NCBI RefSeq assembly: GCF_018350175.1
Contig: NC_058368.1
Span: forward strand, 109,680,001 to 109,744,000
Source of the DNA: Felis catus
Taxonomy: Eukaryota
Direction: 5' to 3'
Length of the DNA stretch: 64,000 bases
Positions 11,673 to 25,107 of the stretch are shown in pieces. Positions within the stretch are counted from its first letter, which is position 1. Each line of letters opens with the position of its first letter. Under the pieces are notes generated by a model. That model searched no databases. It was not told the DNA's origin and saw only the letters and a list, made by a program, of their open reading frames with translations. Made by a program: the position numbers and the translations under genes.

Positions 11673-13859
11673 ATCACTTATCACTACATGAAGAACTGCT
11701 TCATTCTTCCCAGCGGCAGTATTTCCATTGTATGCAAATATTTATTTAGTCAGTCCCCAATAAGTGGGCATTTAGGTTGTTGCCAAGCCAAAGCTATTAC
11801 AAACTAGGCTGTAACTGATAACTAATTACCCCATACGATGGGCAACTAATACGTAAATCCTTACCCTGGAACCTTTAGATCAAAAGGTATTTTTAACTTT
11901 GATAGATACTGTCAAATTGTCCTCTGCAGAAGTGGTGCCAATTTTATTTGCTTTCTTTCAAGTTTTGCCTTGGAAGATTTACAAGGCTATATTGGAAGAT
12001 AGTGGGGATGGAGAGAAGTAAAAGAAAGATTGTCATTTTACACAGTAATTAAAGAAGCATGAAGATGCAAATTGATATTTAATAAACTTTACAAGAAGTT
12101 TCCTTAACTTATTTTGGAATAAATGTTATTTGTCATTTAATCAGATGCATCCATTTTAACAAAGTGAATGTCTCTATTTTCATGTTCCAGAACAATGTAA
12201 GTCAACTGCACAGAATAAAGAAATAGTAGAAAATACTGACCATAAAGCTATAAGAGAAAAAAAATGAAAGAAATGTATGATTGTTTTATTTTATTTTATT
12301 TTTAGTTTCGAGAGAGACCGAGTGTGAGTGGGGGAGGGGCAGAGAGCAAGGGAGACACAGATCTGAAGCAGGGTCCAGGTTCTGAGCTGTCAGCATAGAG
12401 CCTGACACGGGGATTGAGCTCACTAGCTGTGAGATCATGACCGGAGCCAAAGTCAGATGCTTAACCTACTGAGCCACCCAGGCACCCCAGAAATGTATGA
12501 TTGTTTTATTAACATGCAAGATTTTAACAAAGTATTCAACATATATTGTTCAGTAGCAATTCTGAGTAGATTTCTGTGTTTTATAATTCACAAACAAGAA
12601 AATGCAAGGGTGTCTGGGTGGCTCAGTCACTTGAGCTCTCAACTTCAGCTCAGGTCATGATCTCACATTTGTGGATTTGAGTCCCATGTCGGACTCTTGC
12701 TGACAGCTCAGAGCCTGGAGCCTGCTTAGGATTCTGTGTCTCCCTCTCTCTCTGCCCCTCCCCTGCTCACACTCCCTCTCTGTCTCTCAAAAAATAAAAT
12801 AAAAAACATTAAAAATTTTAAAGAAAGAAAATGCATATTTTTTAATGTGTACAATTGTATAAACTACCACTACAATCAGGACATAGAACATTTCCATTAC
12901 ACCAAAACATTCTCTTGGTCTCCTTTATAATGAACCCCTCACCTCAACCTGGGTTCCTGGCAACCACTCATATGCTTTCTTGTCTCTCAAATTTTACCTT
13001 TTCCAGAATATGACATAAATGGAACCATACAGTATGGAGCCTTTTAAGTCTGGCTTCTTTCACTTAGCATAATGCCTTTGAGATTCACCATTGTTGTTGC
13101 ATGTATTAGTAATTTATTCCCATTTATTGCTAAGTAGTAATCTATTATATGGATATAACCTAGTTTGGTTAACCATGCATCAGTTGGACATTTGAGTTTC
13201 CATTTTTTAATGATAATGAATAAAGCTGATATAAACATCCATGTGCAAGATTTCATTCAGACTTTAAAACTTATCCTTTTTTTTTAATTAATGTGTTTTT
13301 TAAAAAGATTTTATTTTTAAGTACTCTCTACACCAAATGTGGAGCTCGAACTCACAACCCCCAAATTAAGAGTCACATGCTCTACTAACTGAGCCAGCCA
13401 GGCATCCCTAAAATTATTTTCTGAAAGTCACATCTATGTATAGGAAATACCAAGTCACAATTTCATCTACACAAATATTATTCCATATTATTTTAGAAAC
13501 TCGTAATGTATTCATTATGTATCAAACATGTAACGTATATGTTACATATACGTAACAGCTACATATATCAGGTACTATTCTAGGCACATGGATAAAACAA
13601 TTGTTAAATGCTCTTCCCCCAAAATACCACCCAAACAATGTGGTGATAAGGCAAAGCTGAGTTTATCATTTACTGGTAAGAGAGACCAGTACCCCGACAG
13701 TCTCAGTAACATTCAGTAACATTCCGAGCAGGGAAGTTGAGATATTTATCAGTTTGGGGGGCTTTTCAGTTCAGAGGTTTGATTAGAGTTTGGTGAGAAT
13801 CATGATCTAATAGGTTAGGATTAGTGGACACAGCAAAGATTTTTAAGAGTCTTGGAGAG

Positions 13860-14370
13860 TATATTAATTATTGCTGCCATAACAAACAACCACAAACTTA
13901 GGGACTTAAAGTAACACAAATTTATCATCTTATAATTTTGTAAGTCAGAAGTCTGATACAGGTCTTGTTAGGTTAGGACCAAGGTATTGGCATGACTGCT
14001 TCTTTTTGTAGGCTCTAGGAGGTGATCCCTTTCTTTGCCTTTTCCAACCTTTAGAGAATGTCCACACCCCTTGGCTTGTGCCCCTGTTCACCTTCAAATT
14101 GCTTCAAAGTCAGCAATTGCTGGTTGAGTACTTTCTTAAATCACATCACTCTTCCTATTCTGTCTCCCTCTTCTATTTTGAGAATGCCTGTGATTATTGC
14201 GGGCCAACTCAGATAATCCAGAATCATCTCCCTATTTTAAGGTCAACTGAATTAGCAATTTAATTCTATCTGACCCTACTTCCCTTTGTCATTTAACATG
14301 GCATATTCAAAGATTCCAGGGATTCGTACATGAACATCTTCTGAGGGCCACTATTTGGCTTACCACACAG
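13860..14370 (-). mobile_element. MaLR LTR (MLT1 family)
   Basis: TTGCTGCCATAACAAAC...CACAAACTTAG...TTTATCATCTTATAATTTTGTAAGTCAGAAGTC...GATAATCCAGAATCATCTCCCTATTTTAAGGTCAACTGA matches the recalled MLT1 pattern. Confidence 0.75.
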
Positions 14371-15709
14371 TGTAGGCCATCATCTAAAGTCATCTACTGC
14401 AAAAATAGAAAAGATTCAGTACTATGAGAAAAAAAAAGTTAGAAAATAAGGTCATCTACTGAAAAGTTGAGCAATTTTGTGTTCATTTAAAAGGGATTTT
14501 GAGAAGTTCCTGAAATGAACAATAAAGCTTCTTGCAATTATTCTCTTTCTGGTTAAAATGTTCCTGAATCATAGTTATGTTGAAGATGACTTCACCTCAG
14601 ATCATGATCTCGTGGTCAGTGGTTTCGAGCCCCGCATCGGGTTCTGTGCTGACAGCTCAGAGCCTGGAGCCTGCTTTGGATCCTGTGTGTGTGTGTGTCT
14701 CTCTCTCTCTGCTCCTCCCCCACTCGCGCTCTGTCTCTCTCTCTCTCAAAAATGAATAAGCGTTAAAAAAAATTTTTTAAATGGTAGAGGTGAGGGGAGA
14801 TGGGCGAGGTACCAACAACAATATCTGGTTCGATAATTACATACTATGTGGTAGGCACAATGCTAAATACTTTGGGTGTGCTATTTAATCTTCTGGAGCT
14901 TTTCCTTTCTGTCTTGTCCACCACTACCATGCACTGAAACCACTCACCAAGAACATCAACAGTGACCACACTGCCAGATTCAAAAGTTGAATCTTTGCCT
15001 TTACCTTAGTAGCATTTAACACAGTTGACCATTCTCTCTGGTTTGAAATATTTTCTTCTCTTATGTTTTAAGATGCCCCACTCGCAGAATTTCCCACTGT
15101 ACCCCTTGGCTGCTGCTTTTCAGGCTCATTTGCAAGAGATCCTTTACCTTTTCCTGACTTCTAAGCAGAAGTACCCTAAGACTTGGTCTGTAAGCTCCTT
15201 CTTTTCTCTCTGGAGTTGGCAAGCTTTTTCTATAAAGGTGAGATAGTTGGTAGTTTAGGCTTTGCAGGCCAAGCGGCAAAATCAAGGATCTTATGTAATT
15301 ATGTAACAATAGATTTAATTTTTTCCATAAATGTTTTTGATGAAGTTCAAAGTATAGTAATTGAGCAAGTTTTGTAATTCAAGTCTACTGATGAGAATAA
15401 TAATTTTTGGCTAAGGAGTGAGGATAACATTTCTCTTGATTAGGATTCAAAGTTAGAGTTTCCTATCATCAAAAGTGCTTTCAGGAGTGTCAGGCTGGCT
15501 CAATCAGTACAGCATGTGAATCTTGATCCTGGGGTCTCGAGTTCAAGCCCCATGGTGGGTGTGGAACTTACATTTAAAAAAAGTATGTTCAGGGGCACCT
15601 GGGTGGCTCAGTCAGTTAAGTGACCAACTTTAGCTCAGGTCATAATCATATGGTTCATGAGTTCAAGCCCCACATTGGGCTCTGTGCTGACAGTGCAAAG
15701 CCTGCTTGG

Positions 15710-15758
<49 letters not shown>

Positions 15759-16461
15759 CCTCTCCCAACTCACATTCAAACACTCTCTCTCTTTCAAAAT
15801 AAACTTTTTAAAAAAGTGCTTTCAAATATTCTTCTGCTAATACTGATCTGTAACGAAGTTTTATCTATTTCACTTTTGAAAACATCTTTTCACACAGATA
15901 GGTACTGCTAAATGCTGATATCGATCTGTTGGCATGTGATATTAACAAGAGTATTCATTTCTTGGAAAAAATGTATAGATTTTTACTAGGTTCTTCTCTT
16001 GATTTATGCCTTAGAATATATCATTACGTTGAGAAGCAATCACCTCTAATTGAAGATTGAATAGGAGAGTCTCAATCGTAGGGTTAAGTGGATTTTTAAA
16101 TATGAAAATTTCCTTTACATCTGAAGTCCAGAAAACACTGTAGGGAATGCAGTTTGAGCTCAGAAAAGATACATGCGGCAAACGTGTGTGCTAATGCACA
16201 TTTTACTTCTCCTTGTAACTTCTGACAGCACAGGAAGTGTATGAAGCAATTTGACATTACTTGTACCCCAAAAAAGTTACTGTTGCTGAAATAACTTTAC
16301 TATGGAAGAAGTTTCACATATCAACAATTTACTTTGTGATTTTAGGTTGAACTCATTAAGAAGCATTGCTGAGTCTTCAGTAAAAGCTAATTCCCAAACT
16401 ATTTTGTGTTCAACGGTGGTCGAGGGCAGTTCTCATTCATGAAAACTCACTGCCACTCACT

Positions 16462-16693
16462 GGGGCGCCTGGGTGGCACAGTCGGTTAAGCGCCCGACTT
16501 CAGCCAGGTCACGATCTCGCGGTCCGTGAGTTCGAGCCCCGCGTCGGGCTCTAGGCTGATGGCTCAGAGCCTGGAGCCTGTTTCCGATTCTGTGTCTCCC
16601 TCTCTCTCTGCCCCTCCCCCGTTCATGCTCTGTCTCTCTCTGTCCCAAAAATAAAAATAAACGTTGAAAAAAAAATTAAAAAAAAAAAAAAAA
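16462..16693 (+). mobile_element. Young felid CAN-SINE (SINEC_Fc type)
   Basis: GGGGCGCCTGGGTGGC head, B box GTTCGAGCC, CT-rich linker, long poly(A), CpGs retained. Near-identical to the copies at 20414, 30045 and 50137. Confidence 0.92.
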
Positions 16694-16699
16694 GAAAAC

Positions 16700-17410
16700 T
16701 TGCAACTCACAACATTATTCACAATCGCCAAAAGGTGGAAGCAACCCAAGTGTCCATCGATGAATGAATGGATAAGCAAGATGTGGTATGTTTACACAAC
16801 AGGATATTATTCAACCTTAAAAAAGGAAGAAAACTCTGACACATGCTATAACATGGATGAACCTTGAGGATGTTATGCTAAATGAAATAAGCCAATCACA
16901 AAAAAGACAAGTATTGTATCATTCCACTTATGTGAGTACCAAGAGTAGTTAAAGTCATAGAGACAGAAAGTAGAATGGTGGTTGCCAGGGGCTGGGGTGG
17001 GGGGTGGGGAGAATGAGGATTTTTTTGTTTAATGGGTATAGAGTTTCAGTTTTGCAAGATAAAATGAGGTTTGCAGAGGGATACTGGTGATGGTGGTAAT
17101 GGTTGCACAACAGTGGGCGTATACTTAACACCACTGAAATGTGCAGTTAAAAATGGTTAAGATGTTAAATTTTTTTACCTTTTTTATTTTAGAGAGAGAG
17201 TGTATGAACTGGGAAAAGGGGCAAAGGAAGAGAGGGAGAGAATCTTAGGCAGGCCCCACGCTCAGCATGGAACCTGACATGGGACTCGATCCCATACCCC
17301 TGGGATCATGACCTGAGCTAAAACCAAGACTCGGACACTCAACTGACTGAGCCACCCAGGCGCCTCAATATGTTAAACTTTATGTTTTATTATCTTAACA
17401 TCAATTAAAG
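16700..17410 (+). mobile_element. Older LINE-1 3' end inserted in the hAT fossil (itself carrying a SINE at ~17170-17365)
   Basis: Translates LFTIAKRWKQPKCPSMNEWISKMWYVYT (L1 ORF2 end), then a typical L1M 3' UTR. Confidence 0.85.
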
Positions 17411-17944
17411 AAAAATTCCATCTGTGTCCTGAGCTCAAGCAATCACAACAACACTTTACCACTACTAAGCCATCAATTTGCTGTGTCGTAGCAGCAGGTC
17501 AGGTTATGCAGGTTTATTTCCAAAAAAAAAAAAAAAAAAATCCTGGAATTTATGACGCTTAAGTGCAGAAGAGCAAATAAAGATCACTGTTGACACTGTT
17601 TATTCAATAACACATGATAAATTCAAATATTTGCCACAAGGCTTTAAACACCTTACATTTTCAAAAGGTTTGTAAATCTATTCAACTGAGATTTTTCTGC
17701 TTCTCATATATTGGTACTATCAACTGTAACACATCTTATCCAACTCATCTTCAGGTTATACTCTTGGCTTCAGGGCTTCAGGTCCAACTCTTGGCTTCAG
17801 CTCAGGTCATATTGTCACGGTTCATGAGTTCAAGCCCTGAGTTGGGATTCTCTTTCTCTTCCTCTCTCTCTGCCCTTCCCCCACTCGTTCTCTCTCAAAA
17901 TAAAAAAAATAAACTTAAAACAAAACAAAACACAAATTTTAAAA

Positions 17945-20155
17945 AATCCTCTTTTCAACAAAGGCTGCTGGGACAACTGCATTTCCTTTTACAGAAGAAT
18001 GAATTTGGACCCCTACTTCACACCATATACAAAAATTAGCTCAAAATGATTCAGACCTAATTGTAAGAGCTAAAACTATAAAACATGAGCGTAAAATTTT
18101 AAGATTTGGATTAGGTAATGGCTTATTAGATGTGTGGTATTGTGGTTTATAATTTAAATGTATTAATATGTGAATGACCAAAATGCATTTCCTATATATA
18201 TAGTTATATAGCCACAGCTCTGGTTCACAGTTTCCAAAACCCTTAGCATTCCCTAAGTGTTGAGAGTGATAAAGGTGTCTTTTGTTTATTAATGAGGTAA
18301 CTTTTGGGCTTCACTGAAGGATGGAGGCTGATTGCCAGGAGGACCAACTATGTGATTTAGAAGGTTGAAACTGTCAGCCCCACCCCCCAACCGCTCACTC
18401 AGCCAATCAGCCAATGGCCAATGACTTAATCAATCATGACTATGCAATGAAGGCCCCATAAAAACCTCAAAGGACTGTTTCTGAGAGCTTCTGGGTTGGA
18501 TATTGGGAAGAGTGGCATACCAGAAGAAGGCATGGAAGCTCTATGCCCTTTGCCCATACCTTGCCCTATGTATCTCTTCATCTGGATGTTGATTCATATC
18601 ATTTATAATATCCTTTAATAAACTGGTGAATGTAACTGTATCCCTGAGTTCTGTGAGCAGCTCTAGCATATTAATTTTTTTAATTATTTAAATGTTTATT
18701 TATTTTTGAGAGAGAGAGACAGAGTGTGAACGGGGGAGGGACAGAGAGAGGGAGACAGAATCTGAAGCAGGATCCAGGCTCTGAGCTGTCAGCACAGAGC
18801 CCGATGTGGGGCTTGAACTCATGAACCACAAGATCATGCATGACCTGAGTTGAAGTCAGGCGCTTAACTGACTGAGCCACCAAGGTGCCCCAAGCGGCTC
18901 TAGCATATTAAAAGAATCTAAGGAGGAGATTGTTTGGAACCTCCACAATCTATAGCTGGTTGGTCAGAAGCACAAGTAACAGCCTAGGGCGTGTGTCTGG
19001 CATCTGAAGTGAGGGACAGAGGGCAGTCTTGTAAGACTGAGCCCTTAATGAGCAGAATCTGATGCAATCTCAGGGTAGATAGTGTTAGAATTCAGTTGAA
19101 GTCTCAGACATCCACCAGATACCCAAGAATTGCTTAGTGTTTGGTGTAGGGAACCCCTCCCAGGATGGAATTGGGTCCAGGAGCCTTAAAACAATATGAC
19201 ACCCAAAAGACAAGCAATGAAAGAAAAATAAATAAACTAGACTTCATCAAAATTAAAAACTTCTTTGCTTCAAAGAACAGCATCAAGAAAGTGAGAGTAG
19301 ACAAATGCTCAGGTTTTAAAAAATGGGCAGAAGACCTGAATGAACATTTCTTTAAAGACGATATACAAATGGTCAATAAGCACGTGAGATAATACCCGAC
19401 ATCATTAGCCATTCAGGAAATGCAAATCAAAACCACAATGTGATACTGCTTCATACTCACGAGGATGATTATAATCAAAGTGACAGATAATTACAAGTGT
19501 TGGTAAAATGTAGAGAAATTAGAACATTTGCAGATTGCTGTTGGGATTGTAAGATGGTACAGCTGCTTTGGAAAACAGTCTGTTGGTTTCTCAAAACATT
19601 AAGCATAAAGTTACCATATGACCCAGAAATTCCATTCCTTGGTATATACTCAAGAGAATTCAAAACATATATCCACACAAAAACTTGTACACAATGTTCA
19701 TAGCAACAGTATTCATAATAGTCACAAGATAGAAAACAATCCAAATGTCCAACTGATGAATGGATAAACAATTGTGGTATGTCCATACGATAGAATATCA
19801 TTTGGCAATTAAAAACTGAAATACTGATACATGCTACACTATAGATGAAATTTGAAAACATTGTGCTAAGTGAAAGAAGTGAGCCATAAAACAATATATG
19901 ATGTAGTTCCATTTGTATGAAATGTCTGCAACAGGCAAATCTAGAGACAAAACAAGATTAGTAAGGTTACCAACTATTGGGTGGTTAGGAGGGAGACGAA
20001 TAAAACTGCTCATAGGGACAGGGTTTCTTTTTGGGGTGATAAAAAATATTTAGAAATTTATTCTGATGATGGTGTACAACTCTGAACTATACACTGTAAA
20101 CAGGTAAATGTTATGGTATGATAATTATGACTAAAGAAGCCATTATGAAAAAAAG
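17945..20155 (+). mobile_element. Older LINE-1 ORF2/3' UTR fragment split by an LTR
   Basis: KINKLDFIKIKNF, KKWAEDLNEHF and WKTVCWFLKTLSIKLPYDPEIPFLGIY are L1 ORF2-like. Interrupted at ~18132-19180. Confidence 0.85.
18132..19180 (+). mobile_element. Solo LTR, MER21-like, with internal SINE (~18680-18891)
   Basis: Starts TGTGG, tandem CCAAT boxes at ~18403-18422, AATAAA at ~18617. Resembles the recalled MER21 consensus. Confidence 0.65.
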
Positions 20156-20413
20156 AGGGTCCAGGAAATCCAGTTGATATCACTTACTTTGCTTCTTAAT
20201 TGATTATTGATGTTGTTCTCACTGTCTTCAAATCTGAGCAACCGTTCAAACAGAAAGGCTAATACTCTCAAACAGTTTTGTTTTCTCTGGGTATATTTCT
20301 TTGACTGCTGCAATCAAATGTGATTTAATGAACTTGCCCGCAGTAAATGGCTTTCTTTGCTTGGATAACAAATGAGTCACTTAGAAACTTACTTGGGTTA
20401 TAGCCTCCTTTTC

Positions 20414-20643
20414 TTTTTTTTTTTTTTTTAATTTTTTTTTCAACGTTTATTTATTTTTGGGACAGAGAGAGACAGAGCATGAACGGGGGAGGGGCAGAGA
20501 GAGAGGGAGACACAGAATCGGAAACAGGCTCCAGGCTCCGAGCCATCAGCCCAGAGCCCGACGCGGGGCTCGAACTCCCGGACCGCGAGATCGTGACCTG
20601 GCTGAAGTCGGACGCTTAACCGACTGCGCCACCCAGGCGCCCC
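20414..20643 (-). mobile_element. Young felid CAN-SINE with perfect 15-bp TSD
   Basis: TATAGCCTCCTTTTC at 20399-20413 and 20644-20658 flanks a CpG-intact SINE. Confidence 0.95.
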
Positions 20644-21549
20644 TATAGCCTCCTTTTCATTTTTTATTTTTGTGAAGAAATTCAGCTGTAATAGCCCACT
20701 TACAATTTTCTATGTCTTTTATGATCTAGTCTCAGAAGCCACATCAATTTCTGCAATATTCTATTGGTTGCACAAGTCAGCCCAATTCAGTCTGGGAATA
20801 GACGTACCAGGACATGAATACCACAAGTCAGGAGTCAGGGGGGGGCATTTTAAAGCTGCCTACCACAATGCCCTTTTAAGAAAAGTGAATTAAAAAAAAA
20901 AAACACAGGTGTAAACATTACTTTTTTTCATTTTGTAAAACATTTTTTAAATGTTATCTCTTACAAGAAACTGATGTCTTTTTTTTAATGTTTATTTATT
21001 TTTGAGAGACAGAGTGTGAGCGAGCGTGCGTGGGGGAGGGGCAGAGAGAGAGGGAGACAGAGGATCCCAAGCAGGCTCTGCATTGAGAGGGAGAGCCTGA
21101 CGCAAGGTTGGAACTCACAAGCCATGAGCCCTGCATTCGTGATCTGAGCGAAAGTCAGATGCTTAAGCAACTGAGCCACCCAGGCAGCCCAAAGATTTTT
21201 TTTTTTCTTGAGAGAGAAAGAGAGAGAGGGAGGGGCAGAGAGAGAGGGAGACAGAGAATCCCAGGCAGGCTCCACACTGTCAGTGCAGAGCCAGATGTGA
21301 GGCTCTAACTCAACGAACCCTGAGCTCATGACCTAAGCTGAACTCAAGAGTCAGACGCTGATTTCACTAACTGAGCCACTCAGGCACCCCTAAAACATTT
21401 TTTGGTGTAATAATTCTAATGCAAACATTATGAAAAATAGTACAAATTTGCTTATGGCTCAGTCTCTATATGCCCATCACTCCCACCTCCACCCCAGAAA
21501 TGAGTCCAAGTATACTATTAAGTGAATGAAAACATTAACAATCTTATTT

Positions 21550-21850
21550 ATCATTCATTTATTCATTCTTTCAACAATTATCTCCTGAGTGCTTATCATA
21601 TACCAGACAGCATCATAAGCATTCTGGATTGCAGAGGCAGGAGTGAACAAAAGAGTCCTTATCATCACGGGGCTTCTATTTTAGTGAAGACACAGACACA
21701 CAAATACATGCATATGACCAACTTTCAGGTATAAATACAAAAAGGAAAAAGGGAAAAGGGATAGCATGAAAACAGGTACTTTTTTTAGCTAGGTTGGCTA
21801 GGAAAACCTCTCATAAGAAATGAACACTGAGCAAAAACTTAAATGTGGTC
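21550..21850 (-). mobile_element. L2 LINE 3' end
   Basis: TCATTCATTTATTCATTCTTTCAACAATTATCTCCTGAGTGCTTATCATATACCAGAC is the typical L2 tail. Similar L2 pieces at ~61630-61830 and ~59500-60130. Confidence 0.7.
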
Positions 21851-22119
21851 TTTTAATAAACATTTCCTTTGGGGCACCTGGGTGGATCAGTTGGTTAAGC
21901 TTCCAACTTTAGCTCAGGTGATGATCTCACAGTTTGTGAGTTTGAGGCCCATGTCGGGCTCTGTGCTGACAGCTCAGGGCCTGGAGCCTGCTTGAGATTC
22001 TGTGTCTCCCTCTCTCTCTCTGCCCCTCCCCCACTCACACTCTGTGTCTCTCTCTCTCTCAAATAAATAAACATTAAAATTTTTTAAAAAATGTTAACTT
22101 TAAAACATATAAATATTAG

Positions 22120-22820
22120 GGTTTTCAAATTATTATTTCATAACAAATGGCTCAAAACTTAGTGGCTTAGGGGCCCGTGGGTGTCTCAGTCAGTTGAGCA
22201 TCCAACTTCAGCTCAGGTCATGACCCTGCAATTCATGGGTTTGAGCCCTCCGTCAGGCTCTGTGCTGACAGCTCAGAGCCTGAAGCCTGCCTCGGATTCT
22301 GTGTCTCCTTCTCTCTCTGTCCCTCCCCGGCTTGTACTCTGTCTCTCTCTCTCTCTTTCTCTCTCAACAGTAAATAAACATTGAGAAATAAACCTAATGG
22401 CTTAGCACAACAGTAACTATCAACTCTCACAATTTCTGTGGGTCAGGAATGCAGGTGTGGCTTTGGTAGGTGGTTCTGGCTTAGGGGGCCTCTTGAAAGG
22501 TGGTAATCAATCATTTGAAGACTTAACTAGGGTTGGAGGATCAGACGTGACTGGTAGGTTACTGCCACTTGTTGATTGGAGGACTGTTCCTCTCCACTGG
22601 GGTCTCTCTACAAGGCTGCTTGAGTACCCTCATGCCATGGACTGAGAGTTTCAAGAGACAAGGCACAAGTCACTCTGAAGTCACACACTGTCACTTTTGT
22701 ATTATTCTACTGGTTACTTAGATCAGCCCTGATTCAGTGTAGGAAGGGACTATACAAGGGCATAAATAACAGGAAATGAGGATCATTGGGAACCATCTTA
22801 AAGGCTGCTTATACCAATCC
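22120..22820 (-). mobile_element. MaLR LTR (MLT1 family) split by a SINE
   Basis: CATAACAAAT...AAAACTTAGTGGCTTA...CTCACAATTTCTGTGGGTCAGGAAT...GGATCATTGGGAACCATCTT. Confidence 0.65.
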
Positions 22821-23018
22821 AAACCATAATTTTCATCAGATGTTTGTAGTGATTTTCAGCAGTTTACACAGGGGGAAAAACCCACTAATGAACAACAAAA
22901 TCTAATTTTTTTATATTGGTTCCATTTCATTTTTAAAATTTTTTAAAAATTTTTTAAAAAGTTTTTTTAATTTTTAAAAGTTTTTAAAAATTTTTTACAT
23001 GTTTATTTGTTACTTTTA

Positions 23019-23060
<42 letters not shown>

Positions 23061-23726
23061 AGCAGGGGAAGGGCAGAGAGAGAGGGAGATACAGAATCCA
23101 AAGCAGGTTGCAGGCTCTGAGCTGTCGGCACAGAGCCCGATGCAGGGCTCGAACCCACAAACCACGAGATCATGACCTGAGCCGATGTCTACGCTCAGCT
23201 GACTGAGTCACCCAGGCGCCCCTCATTTTCAGTTTTTACATACATAAACTTTGTACCTTCACATTTATAGAAGACTCCACCCACTAGTAGAATACATATT
23301 CTTTTCAGAATGCACTCAGAACATCCACAAAGTTATATTTGCCAAGATAGTCTATATTCCAGATCATGAAAGAAGTCCCAATAAGGGTAAAAGCATTCAA
23401 GTCATATTAGGTATATTCAAAGAATACCTGACCAGGGGTGCCTGGGAGGCTCAGTCGGTTAATTGTCCAACTTCAGCTCAGGTCATGATCTCACAGTTTG
23501 TGGGTTTGAACCCACCTCAGGCTCTGTGCTGACAGCTCAGAGCCTGGAGCCTGCTTCAGGTTCGGCATCTCTCTCTCTCTCTCTGCCCCTCCCCTGCTCA
23601 CACTCTGTCTCTGTCTCTCAAAAATAAATAAACATAAAAAATTTTTTAAAAAAGAGATTTTCAACCAACTGAGCACCCAGGTGTCCCTCTTTTTATAGTT
23701 TCTTTTTTTAAGTTTATTTATCTATT

Positions 23727-23777
<51 letters not shown>

Positions 23778-24029
23778 ATGTGCGCAGGGAAGGGGCAGAG
23801 AGAGAGGGGGACAGAGGATCCAAAGCGGGCTCTATACTGACAGCAGAGAGCCTGATGTAGGGCTTGATGTGGGGCTCGAACCCACGATCCTCGAGATCAT
23901 GACCTGAGCAGAATTTGGAAGCTTCATTGACTGAGCCACCCAGGTCCTCCTTCTAGTTATTTTTGTTCTAGTTTCTTTCTTTCTTTCTTTTTGAGAGAGA
24001 GAGAGAGAGAGAGCGGGAGTGAGCAAGGG

Positions 24030-24062
<33 letters not shown>

Positions 24063-25107
24063 CCCATGAAGGCTCTGCACTGTCAGTTCAGAGCCTGAAG
24101 CAGGGCTCAAACTCACCTGAAGCGGGGCTCAAACTCACCCCATTTGGTGCCCGAACTCACAAACCAACAGTGAGCTCATGACCTGAGCTGAAGTCGGGTG
24201 CTTAACCTACAGAGCCACCCAGGTGCCCTGTCCCTGCTGGTTTTTTAAGGTGCAAGCTGAACTCATTCATTTAGGAACTTTCTTTTTTTTCTAATATTTA
24301 GTGCTATAAATTTCCCCTTAGTACTGTTTTAGAGGCATCTCACAAATACCAGTATATTTTGCTTTCACCTTTGGTTAAAAATATTTTCTAATTTTCCTTT
24401 TGAGGAAAAAGGAATTTTGAGTTCTTCTTTGGCCCATGGGTTGTATAGAAGTGTATTATTCAGTTTCCATACACTGGGGGATTTTCTAAAAATGGTTCTG
24501 TTATTGATTTCTAGTTTAATTCCACTGTGGTCAGATACACCTTGTATATATCTTGCATGACTTAAATCCTTTTCTATTTATGAGACTTTTTTATGATTAG
24601 GAACATAGACTACCTGAGTAAACATATCTTAGTAAATACTCTGGGTGCACTTTGAAAAGAATATGTATTCTGCTATTGTTGGGTGGAGTGTTCTATAAAT
24701 ACAACTTCAATTGAATTGGTTGGTTGCATTGTTCAAGTTTTCTATATCCTTACTGATTTTATGTCTCCTTGTTCTATCAAATATTGAGTATGGATATCGA
24801 AATCTCTGACTAGTGGCACCTGGGTGACTTAGTCGGTTAAGCGGTTGACTTCAGATTAGGTCATGATCTCACAGTTCACGAGTTCAGGCCCTGTGTTGGG
24901 CTCAGTCTCACAGCTCAGGGCCTGGAGCCAGCTTCAGATTCTGTGTCTCCCTCTCTCTCTGCCCCTCCCCTGCTCGCACTCTGTCTCTCTCAAAAATAAA
25001 TTAAAAATCCCATTAGAAACAATTAAAAAAAGACATCTCTGACTATACTTATGGATTTATCTATTTCTCATTTTATTTTTATCTGTTTTATTCCTATATT
25101 TTCTATT

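Larger units (their letters stand above)
15211..20690 (-). mobile_element. Fragmented hAT-Charlie (Cheshire/MER58-like) DNA transposon with decayed transposase
   Basis: MER58-like terminus at 15211 (GGAGTTGGCAAGCTTTTTCTATAAAGG...TTTAGGCTTTGCAGGCCA). Minus-strand translations include YDTAN*WLSSGKVLL*LLELRTQMEFF (~17410-17490) and VSF*VTHLLSKQRKPFTAGKFIKSHLIAAVKEIYPEKTKLFESISLSV (~20250-20392), typical of Charlie/GTF2IRD2-type transposases. Interrupted by younger elements. Confidence 0.8.
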
